The notes below the pieces were generated by a model that saw only the letters and a program-made list of their open reading frames with translations, made no database searches and was not told the origin of the DNA. Positions 1 through 8,164 of a DNA stretch of 64,000 nucleotides are shown piece by piece (the first letter of the stretch is position 1; each line of letters begins with the position of its first letter). The DNA comes from an uncultured Verrucomicrobiota bacterium (GTDB lineage Bacteria > Verrucomicrobiota > Verrucomicrobiia > Limisphaerales > DTLC01), in contig CAZKTA010000002.1 of assembly GCA_964555645.1 (NCBI GenBank), positions 226,016 through 290,015 on the forward strand, written 5' to 3'. A program made the translations under genes and the position numbers.

Positions 1-729
1 GGCGCAGACCAAATCTACGATGTATTCTTTGACCTTGTCGTCCACGTAGATGTCGTTAATGACGTCGCGTGCGGCTAGGATCTGCTTCGGCTCGACAACA
101 GGCGACACTGTTGGTGGCCCGCTAGTTTTTGCCATTAAATCCAAAATTTGGCGTTCTTCACCGCGCGATGGATACCCGATTTTGAGCTTGAGCATAAATC
201 GGTCAACCTGTGCTTCTGGCAACGGGTATGTGCCTTCCTGCTCGATCGGATTTTGCGTTGCCAAAACTAAAAATGGTTCATCGAGTTTGAACGTTTGCTC
301 ACCGATTGTGACCTGTTTTTCTTGCATTGCCTCGAGCAGAGCGCTTTGGACTTTGGCAGGGGCACGGTTAATTTCGTCAGCCAGGATCAGGTTGGCAAAG
401 ATCGGCCCTTTACGCGTTGTGAATGTGCCTGTGTGCGGATTGTAGATCTGCGTGCCGATGACATCTGCAGGCAACATGTCGGGCGTAAACTGCAGACGCG
501 CAAACTTAGCATTGATACACGCTGCCAGTGTTTTGACCGACAACGTTTTTGCCAGACCTGGCACACCCTCTAACAAAACGTGCCCGTTTGCAAGTAACCC
601 GATCACAAGGCGCTCGACCAGATATGTCTGGCCGACTATAACCTTGCCAATCTCGTTTAACAGCGGGCGCACAAAAGCGCTCGCCTCACGCACAGCCTCG
701 TTGATTGCGCTGATTCCCGTGCTCATCAT
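1..729 (-). CDS. MoxR-family AAA+ ATPase (N-terminal 243 codons; C-terminus lies beyond the window start)
   Basis: It is missing from the ORF track because it runs off the window edge. Reverse translation from the ATG at 729 gives MMSTGISAINEAVREASAFVRPLLNEIGKVIVGQTYLVERLVIGLLANGHVLLEGVPGLAKTL...GPIFANLILADEINRA. Walker A (GVPGLAKT) and Walker B (LADEINR) are arranged as in MoxR. Confidence 0.85.
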   Translation of the reverse strand, partial: MMSTGISAINEAVREASAFVRPLLNEIGKVIVGQTYLVERLVIGLLANGHVLLEGVPGLAKTLSVKTLAACINAKFARLQFTPDMLPADVIGTQIYNPHTGTFTTRKGPIFANLILADEINRAPAKVQSALLEAMQEKQVTIGEQTFKLDEPFLVLATQNPIEQEGTYPLPEAQVDRFMLKLKIGYPSRGEERQILDLMAKTSGPPTVSPVVEPKQILAARDVINDIYVDDKVKEYIVDLVCA

Positions 730-766
730 GCTAGAGAACTACCGACCGATGGACAATAAAACCACC

Positions 767-795
767 AAAAATGTTCAGAGAAAACAGTGTGAACA
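767..795 (-). terminator. Hairpin plus T-run downstream of ftsK (possibly bidirectional)
   Basis: On the minus strand TGTTCA-N12-TGAACA (772-777/790-795) is followed by TTTTT (767-771). The plus strand also has a T-run after the stem. Confidence 0.45.
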
Positions 796-918
796 TTCAA
801 AATTTTTTTGAACTGAACCGGGCACCGCCACGAGGTAAATTCTCCGATAAATGGGTTTTACTTGGGGCCTTGCAACAAACTGCCGTCACAATATTTCCCA
901 AACACATGAAGTGCTGTT

Positions 919-3537
919 TCATTCAGTTTGCTTGCCTCGGCCATCGGCGCCGGTTCCATCTAGGTCGATCAAAATGTCTCGTGGCTCCGCTCCTTTGCTC
1001 GGGCCCACAATGCCGCGCCGCTCAAGCTCGTCCATGATGCGCGCGGCGCGCGTGTAACCGAGGCGCAACCTGCGTTGGAGCAGTGAGACACTTGCTTTCT
1101 GTTCGGTGCGAATGACCTCGATGCATTTCTGGATCAGCTCTTCGTCTTCATCAATGCCCTCTTTTTCTTCGAGTTCGCTCAATGCCCCCTGGAGTTGCTG
1201 GTGTATCTCCAGTTCGTAACTGGGTTTGGCCTGATGCGCAATAAACTCGACCACGCGTTGTATCTCGGCGTCGGTTACAAGCGCACCCTGGGCGCGTATC
1301 AGTTTTGCCGAGCCGGGCGGCAAATAAAGCATGTCGCCCTTGCCGATCAACTTTTCCGCCCCCATTGCATCAAGAATCGTGCGCGAGTCAACCTTTGACG
1401 CGCATTGGAACGCTATTCGCGCGGTTATGTTTGCTTTGATTACGCCTGTAATCACGTCAACACTAGGTCGTTGTGTAGCCACAATGCAATGTATGCCGGC
1501 TGCACGCGCCATTTGTGTGATCCGCGCAATAGCCATCTCGACATCCGCAGGCGCGACGAGCATCAGGTCTGATAACTCGTCAATGATGACGACTATGTAG
1601 CTGAGCCTCTCGGGTATGACGATATCCTCCTCGGTAGGAGTGACAATTTCCTCGTCAAGTTCGACGGCGAATCCGTCAGCACTGGGTTCGACCCGTTCTT
1701 TTTTAACCGTCAATGGCAGTTCAGGCTCAGGTTTTGGCAACGGTTTATGCCGTGACCGTTCGTTAAATGCCCAAATGTTTCGCACACCCACACGGGCAAA
1801 GATTTGGTAGCGTTTTTCCATCTCGTTAACGACCCAGCGCAACGCAAGAATAACCTTTTTCGGGTCTGAGATCACCGGCACAACTAAATGCGGTAGCCTG
1901 TTATAGAGCTGCAACTCAACTACTTTGGGGTCGATCATCACAAAACGCAATTCATCCGGTGCAAACCTGTAAAGCAGCGAGGTGATGATCGAGTTAATGC
2001 AAACCGATTTGCCCGACCCAGTGCTACCGGCAATCAGTAGATGCGGCATCTCTGCTAGGTCGGCTATGATTGGGTGGCCGTAAACGTCTTTGCCAAGTGC
2101 AATTGGTATCCGCGCGCGTGTATTGCGCCATTCATCTGTCTCCATCAAATCCCGCAACACGACAAATGCTTGAACGCGGTTTGGCACCTCGACACCAACC
2201 GAACTTTTGCCCGGTACAGGCGCAAGAATGTGAATTCGCTCGGCTTTGAGTGCAGCAGCAAGATTATTGCTCAAGGCGGTGATCCGCTCGAGTTTTACAC
2301 CAGGTGCCGGATGCAACTCATAACGCGTGATTGTCGGGCCTTTTGTAATGTCGCCAATTGAGACTTCAATCCCAAATTGCGCAAGTGTCTGCTGCATCAG
2401 ACGGGCATTTGCCATCAATTCTTCTTTCGTTTCGGTCGGCCTGATCGACACATCGATGTAATTAAGCAGGTCAAGCGGAGGTAATTTGTACCCACCGATC
2501 CTCGGTCCGGCCCCAAGCACAAACGGTTTTGGTTTGCGTGCTGTGCGTTGTTTAGGCTGCGCTGCGGCCGGTTCTGTACCAGGTTCAGCCACTTTTGCGT
2601 CTGGCGGTTTTTCGGTTGGTGCAACTGCTTCGGTTGCTGAATCGGCTGGTGGCTGTTTTGCGCTTTGTTCACTGCTCGCGGCCTGCACAAACTCACGTTC
2701 GGCGGTACCGGTTGGCTCTTTACTTACAGCCTGCTCGCCAGTCTCTGCAGCCTGCTCGGCCGAGGGTTTAACCTCCGGCTTCGACTTGGATGGCGGCACT
2801 GTTAGATCGCGAATTGTCGGTTTCGGCACCGGTTTCAAATCCGGTCCCAAGCCGGCCTTTTGAGCTGCTTCCTGTAGCTCACGTTTTTTGCGTTCGAGCT
2901 CACGTACCCGTTCTTCCAAAAGCTGCTCGCTCGGCTCGGGTTCAGTCCTGCCGCGGCGGTAATACGCCCACATTTCTTTGAGCCACGCGCCTAGCGGAAG
3001 GTTCGTTAGATACAACAACGCAATCAGATAAACTGTCGCGTAAACAATCGTCGCGCCAACATTACCCAACATCCAAAAACCGTAATCATAAGTTGTTTGG
3101 CCGAGCCAACCGCCTGCACTTGGTGCGCCTAACCGCTCGTGCAATCGACCGAACACTTTTGCCAGCCACATCATGTGCAGCATGCCGGTTAAACCCAAAA
3201 CCAGCATAAACGACCACAGCCACGACCAGATTGGCCGACGCCGCAAGTGCCCGAGCAGGTCCAACAGGTGCCCCAAACCAAACGCACCCAGTAGAACCGG
3301 CACAACATAAGCGGCCCCACCGAGCACAAAGAAAAATCCGTACGCCACATGCGCCCCGATCAGACCGGCCCAGTTGTACGCAACTGGATTTGGCGGGCTG
3401 TGTAAAAACGCAAGATCACGTGGGTCAAACGTCAATTGCGCCACAAGCAACAGCAGCCCCAACGCAATTAACGCAATACCAATGATGTCGTTTAGTGCGC
3501 TTGGCGAATCCGACTCTGGCCCTGCATGTCGAGCCAT
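919..3537 (-). CDS. ftsK: DNA translocase FtsK/SpoIIIE
   Basis: The 872 aa ORF has N-terminal transmembrane segments and a Pro/Ala/Lys-rich linker. It carries Walker A (AGSTGSGKS), Walker B (VVIIDELSDLM) and a C-terminal winged-helix gamma domain (SVSLLQRRLRLGYTRAARIMDELERRGIVGP). Confidence 0.95.
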   Translation of the reverse strand: MARHAGPESDSPSALNDIIGIALIALGLLLLVAQLTFDPRDLAFLHSPPNPVAYNWAGLIGAHVAYGFFFVLGGAAYVVPVLLGAFGLGHLLDLLGHLRRRPIWSWLWSFMLVLGLTGMLHMMWLAKVFGRLHERLGAPSAGGWLGQTTYDYGFWMLGNVGATIVYATVYLIALLYLTNLPLGAWLKEMWAYYRRGRTEPEPSEQLLEERVRELERKKRELQEAAQKAGLGPDLKPVPKPTIRDLTVPPSKSKPEVKPSAEQAAETGEQAVSKEPTGTAEREFVQAASSEQSAKQPPADSATEAVAPTEKPPDAKVAEPGTEPAAAQPKQRTARKPKPFVLGAGPRIGGYKLPPLDLLNYIDVSIRPTETKEELMANARLMQQTLAQFGIEVSIGDITKGPTITRYELHPAPGVKLERITALSNNLAAALKAERIHILAPVPGKSSVGVEVPNRVQAFVVLRDLMETDEWRNTRARIPIALGKDVYGHPIIADLAEMPHLLIAGSTGSGKSVCINSIITSLLYRFAPDELRFVMIDPKVVELQLYNRLPHLVVPVISDPKKVILALRWVVNEMEKRYQIFARVGVRNIWAFNERSRHKPLPKPEPELPLTVKKERVEPSADGFAVELDEEIVTPTEEDIVIPERLSYIVVIIDELSDLMLVAPADVEMAIARITQMARAAGIHCIVATQRPSVDVITGVIKANITARIAFQCASKVDSRTILDAMGAEKLIGKGDMLYLPPGSAKLIRAQGALVTDAEIQRVVEFIAHQAKPSYELEIHQQLQGALSELEEKEGIDEDEELIQKCIEVIRTEQKASVSLLQRRLRLGYTRAARIMDELERRGIVGPSKGAEPRDILIDLDGTGADGRGKQTE

Positions 3538-3743
3538 GCGCCCAGCCTATCAACCGCCGCACCAACTTCAAAGCACAAACTCGACTTTAAACCTGCCGCT
3601 TGCCAAAAATGATCGGCACTGAGGTTCACTTAAATTCACGTGCGCAATGGCAATGGAGTTGCGCACACGTTTGCAACCCAATTACAGCGCCTTCGGCGCA
3701 TGGATTGACTTGGAGAAACGTTCTGGTAGCGTTGGACAGCAGA

Positions 3744-5381
3744 ATGCCTTGCGGCTTGTTCACCTTTGCCAGAAAACTCTGGACTGAAGCACGTGCGGTG
3801 CTGGGCGCCACCCGGCTGAGTCCGGCTGCGCAACTTTCGCGTGCACAAAAGCTGGTGCACTTTGTCGTGTTTGTCTGGCAAAGCTTCGTGCGAAACCGCT
3901 GCCCAGCCCGCGCAGCGGCGCTTTCGTATGCGACTTTGCTTGCCCTGATTCCGCTTCTTGCGGTTGCACTGGGTGTTACCAGCAGCCTCCTAAAACGCGA
4001 GGGCGAAGAACGAATCGAACAGTTTATCGAAAAACTTGTCCATAGTATCACCCCACCAGCGGTAATCATAAGGCAACAAGAGGGTGACCAGCACAAAATC
4101 ATCGGCATCCCAGAATTCAAACTGTCGCTGTCAAATCTGCCAGTTGCAGCCGCAAACGCGGCCAATCCATCACCGGCTCAAACAACTCCTGCGCCTATTC
4201 CAAACTCGACAGGCACAAATGCGGCTACGGTTTCTTTGCCCGAGGAGGCGGAACATGGTGAAATTCTGGCTGCACGCAGGGAAATCGCGCGGCGCATAAA
4301 CGAATTTATCCAAAACACACGCAGCGGCGCCTTAGGCATAACAGGAACGGCTTTTTTGATTTTCATGGCCATCTCACTGTTAAACCGCGTTGAATTGACA
4401 ATAAACGACATCTGGGGTGTAACACAACGCAGGAGCTGGACGGTCCGAATCGTCCAGTACTGGGCAATAATCACGCTCGGGCCATTTCTGATAATCAGCG
4501 CACTTGCAATGGCTGGCGGGCCGTACTTCGAGATGACAAAGCGGCTCCTGACAGCAATGCCGTTCGTAGGCGAGCTTGCATTCAAGCTGCTGCCGGTAGC
4601 GTTGTTGTGGGTTGGTTTTGCGCTGTTTTACGAGCTTACTCCCAACACAAAGGTGCGCTGGAGCGCTGCGCTTGTTGGGGGCATCGTCACCGGCACGCTG
4701 TTGCACTTGAACAACGTGTTCGGGTTTTTGTACGTGTCGCGTGTGGTCACGCAGAGCAAAATCTATGGCAGCCTCGGCCTTGTGCCGGTGTTTATGGTTG
4801 GACTGTACTTATCCTGGTTAATTTTGCTATTTGGCGCGCAGGTCGCATACGCATACCAAAACAGGCAAGCTTACTTACAGGACAAACTGGCCGAAAGCAT
4901 CAACCAACGCGGCCGTGAATTTGTTGCGCTACGGCTGATGACATGTATCGGCCAGCGGTTTCAAAACGGCGCTCCACCACCAACGTTAACCGAGCTGGCA
5001 AATGCACTCGGCATATCGAGTCGGCTGGTCAGGCAGGTACTGCAACCGTTGCTGGGTGCAAAGCTTGTTGTTGAAGTTGCCGGTGCTGAGCCTGCATACA
5101 TGCCCGCACGCGCAACCGACTCGATCAACTGCTACGACATTTTGCTTGCCATGCGCGTTGCCCAGGGACAAGAACTGCCGCCTCGCGACGAGCCTGTCGG
5201 GGCAGAAGTTTACGGCGAGTTCGCCCGAATCCAGGAAGCCGAACGCAAGGCCGCCGCTGCTGTCACGGTTCTTGCGTTGGCAAACCGCGCGCAGGCGCGT
5301 CTTCAACTCGGCCCGGTTACAAACGCGCCTTTGGCACAGCCCGAACCGTCTGCGCCCAGACCCGACACACACAAGGTGTGA
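3744..5381 (+). CDS. YihY/BrkB-family inner membrane protein with C-terminal winged-helix-like extension
   Basis: The ORF is 3600..5381. The family signature RCPARAAALSYATLLALIPLLAV is followed by about 6 transmembrane segments. I chose the ATG at 3744 because the upstream 48 codons do not look like coding sequence; the start is uncertain. Confidence 0.75.
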   Translation: MPCGLFTFARKLWTEARAVLGATRLSPAAQLSRAQKLVHFVVFVWQSFVRNRCPARAAALSYATLLALIPLLAVALGVTSSLLKREGEERIEQFIEKLVHSITPPAVIIRQQEGDQHKIIGIPEFKLSLSNLPVAAANAANPSPAQTTPAPIPNSTGTNAATVSLPEEAEHGEILAARREIARRINEFIQNTRSGALGITGTAFLIFMAISLLNRVELTINDIWGVTQRRSWTVRIVQYWAIITLGPFLIISALAMAGGPYFEMTKRLLTAMPFVGELAFKLLPVALLWVGFALFYELTPNTKVRWSAALVGGIVTGTLLHLNNVFGFLYVSRVVTQSKIYGSLGLVPVFMVGLYLSWLILLFGAQVAYAYQNRQAYLQDKLAESINQRGREFVALRLMTCIGQRFQNGAPPPTLTELANALGISSRLVRQVLQPLLGAKLVVEVAGAEPAYMPARATDSINCYDILLAMRVAQGQELPPRDEPVGAEVYGEFARIQEAERKAAAAVTVLALANRAQARLQLGPVTNAPLAQPEPSAPRPDTHKV

Positions 5382-5415
5382 GGCTTGCTCATCAACCAGA
5401 CACAGCTCGAATGGT

Positions 5416-5823
5416 ATGGACACCAAAGTCCCAGAAAATCTCCGGTACACAAAATCACACGAATGGGTAAAGACCCAAGACGAGTTGGCAACAATTGGTA
5501 TTACCGAGTTCGCGCAACAGCAACTCGGCCAAATTGTGTTCATTGAGCTGCCTGAGGTCGGAAAAACCATCAAGGCTGGCGACCGATGCGCAGTGGTTGA
5601 ATCACTTAAAGCCGCAACCGACATTTACTCGCCGGTTAGCGGTGAGGTTGTTAGTATAAACCAAGCCGTTGCAGATAGCCCGGCCGTGGTCAACAAAGAG
5701 CCGTACGGCGCAGGCTGGTTTATTTGCGTGCGGTTGAGCCAGCCAGCCGAGCTTGATACACTCCTCGCCCCCCAACAATACATTGCACTAACCGCTAAAA
5801 CCGGTCCTTCACAAGCAGACTGA
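5416..5823 (+). CDS. gcvH: Glycine cleavage system protein H
   Basis: This is the in-frame ATG at 5416 inside ORF 5002..5823. The product begins MDTKVPENLRYTKSHEWVK and carries the lipoyl-lysine motif VVESLKAATDIYSPVSGEV, with a typical length of 135 aa. Confidence 0.9.
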   Translation: MDTKVPENLRYTKSHEWVKTQDELATIGITEFAQQQLGQIVFIELPEVGKTIKAGDRCAVVESLKAATDIYSPVSGEVVSINQAVADSPAVVNKEPYGAGWFICVRLSQPAELDTLLAPQQYIALTAKTGPSQAD

Positions 5824-5881
5824 ATTGCACCGCTGAAAAAACCCGATTTGAAAAACCACACGAAAAGGTGCACTTTCTTGA

Positions 5882-6142
5882 ATGCAAACCAAGCAAGTCA
5901 GACTTTTCATCAAGCCGTATTGCCCGTGGTGCAAGATGGCAACGCAATGGTTAGACCAGCACAATGTAAAATATGAACTCGTTGACGTAACCACCAATCA
6001 AACAGCGTTTGATGAAATGGTCCGACTCTCAGGCCAGACACGCACGCCCGTGATCGAGGTTGACGACCAAATACTAGCCGATTTCGGCCCGGACGAACTC
6101 GAGCAATTCTGGAACAGCCTAACCAAAAACCGTGAACGCTGA
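5882..6142 (+). CDS. Glutaredoxin-like (YruB/NrdH-like) small thioredoxin-fold protein
   Basis: The 86 aa product has a CPWC active site early in the sequence (KPYCPWCKMA), and the TPVIEVDD...GF pattern is typical of Grx-like proteins. Confidence 0.8.
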   Translation: MQTKQVRLFIKPYCPWCKMATQWLDQHNVKYELVDVTTNQTAFDEMVRLSGQTRTPVIEVDDQILADFGPDELEQFWNSLTKNRER

Positions 6143-7124
6143 CAAACCAGCACAAAACGATGTGTTAGGGGAAAAGTCTGCCACAGAACTCGGACTGCCG
6201 TGGGTGTCATTTGCCTCCGGACAAACGAACGGGTGCGGTTCGCATCGGCGTTTACCGGACTGGCTACGTACACGGCTTACAACAACCGCGGCGTTCGCAC
6301 ATGTCGAATCGGTGGTCAGCGGACTTAAGCTACATACTGTATGCGAAAGTGCGCGCTGCCCAAACCGAGCCGAATGCTGGAGCTGTGGCACAGCAACATT
6401 CATGATCTGTGGCAACCGCTGCACGCGCTCGTGCAGGTTTTGTGCCGTCGAACACGGCCAGCCTGAGCCACTCGACCCAACCGAGCCAGCACGCGTGGCC
6501 GAAGCCGCCCGCCGCATGCAACTGCGCCACGTTGTAATCACCTCGGTCACTCGCGACGATCTACCCGACGGCGGCGCAACGCATTTCAGCAATGTGATAC
6601 GCGCAATCCGAGCAGTTAAGCCGAACACAACAATCGAGGTCCTAACACCTGATTTCGGCGGGTCAGACGAAGCGATTCACACCGTGCTGGGTGCACGGCC
6701 AGACATTTTCAATCACAACATCGAAACCGTGCGTCGCCTGGCGCCCATGATACGGTCAAAAGCCTGTTATGAAAGGTCGTTAGCCGTGCTTAAGCGGGCC
6801 AAAACTCACTGCGCGCCAAAGATGCTTGTCAAATCCGGGTTGATGCTTGGTCTGGGCGAAACCGATGCTGAGGTTATTGACACGTTGCAAGACCTGCGGG
6901 CAATCGGATGCGACATCGTTACCATTGGCCAATACCTTCAACCCACACCGCGTCATCTTCCTGTTCACCGGTTCGTTACCCCTGAGCAGTTCACCAAACT
7001 GGCTGAGCTAGGTCGGCAAATGGGCTTTCTGCATGTGGCAAGTGGCCCACTAGTCCGCAGCTCATACCATGCAGAAGATTTTTTACAGCAAAGACTGCAT
7101 TTCGGCACGAGAACAGCTCATTGA
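6132..7124 (+). CDS. lipA: Lipoyl synthase
   Basis: It has the auxiliary-cluster motif CESARCPNRAEC and the radical-SAM motif CTRSCRFC. It overlaps the grx-like gene by 11 nt. Confidence 0.92.
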   Translation: MNADKPAQNDVLGEKSATELGLPWVSFASGQTNGCGSHRRLPDWLRTRLTTTAAFAHVESVVSGLKLHTVCESARCPNRAECWSCGTATFMICGNRCTRSCRFCAVEHGQPEPLDPTEPARVAEAARRMQLRHVVITSVTRDDLPDGGATHFSNVIRAIRAVKPNTTIEVLTPDFGGSDEAIHTVLGARPDIFNHNIETVRRLAPMIRSKACYERSLAVLKRAKTHCAPKMLVKSGLMLGLGETDAEVIDTLQDLRAIGCDIVTIGQYLQPTPRHLPVHRFVTPEQFTKLAELGRQMGFLHVASGPLVRSSYHAEDFLQQRLHFGTRTAH

Positions 7125-7602
7125 GCGAACTGTTAGGGCAACGGTGCATGTGGGGTTTTTGTGGTAAGCGCCGGTTCCGTTCGAGGGTCAACACTCGTAC
7201 CCGCCTATTGGCCTGGAGCCTCTGACACAACCATTTTAATGGGCGCAGCTCGTCGGGTTTTTGGTGCAACCATGCCCACCTGCAATTTGTTCTGAGACCA
7301 TTCAGTTCTGGTACTTCGACTTTGGCGGCCACGCCAAAACAAATGCAAAAACATAGCCTTGCCCTCGCACATACGCACCTCGACGCACTCGAGAACATAT
7401 ACGACCCCCACCAGAGTGTATTTGATGCACAACTTTCTGCGCACACAAGACAAACACAGTGTAGAAAAGTATCCCCCGCCATTTAAGGTTCACTTCGGGG
7501 TCGGCCTACTCACGGCGTAAAATCATTTCATTTTAACCTTGTAACTGCGCCATTTAACACGGACTACTAATGCGGCCGGAGAACACACGTGCCCTGCGTG
7601 CG

Positions 7603-7862
7603 GTTTTGCGCGCCCTTGCGCAAAACACCAACGACACGGTTTTTCCAAAGCGTCGCGCATGGGCTTGGTCATCTAAAGTGCCGGACGCAAGGCCTGTCTG
7701 CGTGCAGGCACGCACACCCAGGCGCTTCCAATAACAAGCCGGGAACGAATACGTTCCCAATGCAGTTTTTTGGGTTCAGCGAGCTGAGGAGCCCTCTGGC
7801 GGGTGTGTATGGATTTCGCGCTATGCCTTTTGGCAATGATCCAACTCTAAACCGTAACTGGT
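7603..7862 (+). repeat. Conserved intergenic element, copy A (candidate structured ncRNA or miniature repeat)
   Basis: It aligns to the reverse complement of 13758..14042 in four blocks. Block 1 is GTTTTGCGCGCCCTTGCGCAAAAC, identical at 24/24 and itself an 8 bp hairpin. Block 2 is CCGGACgCAAGGCCTgTCTGCgTGCaGGCACGCACA. Block 3 is CAGTTTTT. Block 4 is CTTTTGGCAATGAtCCAA..AAACCGtAAC-TGGT. The blocks are separated by unrelated segments of differing length. Confidence 0.7.
7741..7771 (+). terminator. Terminator-like hairpin inside element copy A
   Basis: GGGAACG-aata-CGTTCCC is followed by aatgCAG and TTTTTT. A hairpin of different sequence sits at the equivalent position of copy B, in front of the same CAGTTTTT. 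Confidence 0.4.
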
Positions 7863-8164
7863 TTTTTTACCCTGCCATTCCCTCAGAAAACCGCGTAAAT
7901 GCCGGTCGCGACTTGTAAAAGAACACATTTTTGCGCGACGCATTTTTTCTTGCACGAGTTATAAATCCCATCACGAATTCTGCGGTGGTTTTGCCCACCT
8001 GTTTTGGTTATTTCTTGGCGGCTTTGCGTCTCTGCGGCAAAAAGTTCCCGCAGGCTTGCATCTTGTTATAGACGCTGCCAAAAACCAACCTTCGACGCGC
8101 ATGCCGAATGAGCTGGGCAAAGGCAACAAGTCTAATTGTCGAAACAGGCAGGGAATAAATCAAC

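Noticed and set aside
1-729. MoxR at the left edge plus BatD/BatE (22570-25217) as one aerotolerance operon
   Set aside because: They are 22 kb apart on opposite strands, with unrelated housekeeping genes between them.
5002-5415. A 138-codon N-terminal extension of the gcvH ORF (ORF track 5002..5823)
   Set aside because: It overlaps the 3-prime end of yihY in another frame, is Arg/Ser/Cys-rich, and has no GcvH homology. The canonical MDTKVPENLRYTKSHEW start is at 5416.
6991-7482. A 163 aa Cys-rich minus-strand ORF at the lipA 3-prime end
   Set aside because: It overlaps lipA, has extreme Cys/Arg content and no recognisable domain. The region is treated as non-coding.
7589-7918. ORFs spanning the two repeat copies (7589..7918 + and 13754..14086 -), read as a duplicated small protein sharing FCAPLRKT and FGN(D/E)P..NRN
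   Set aside because: The conserved nucleotide block 2 is read in different frames in the two ORFs, and indels between blocks are not multiples of three. The conservation is therefore at the nucleotide or RNA level, not the protein level.
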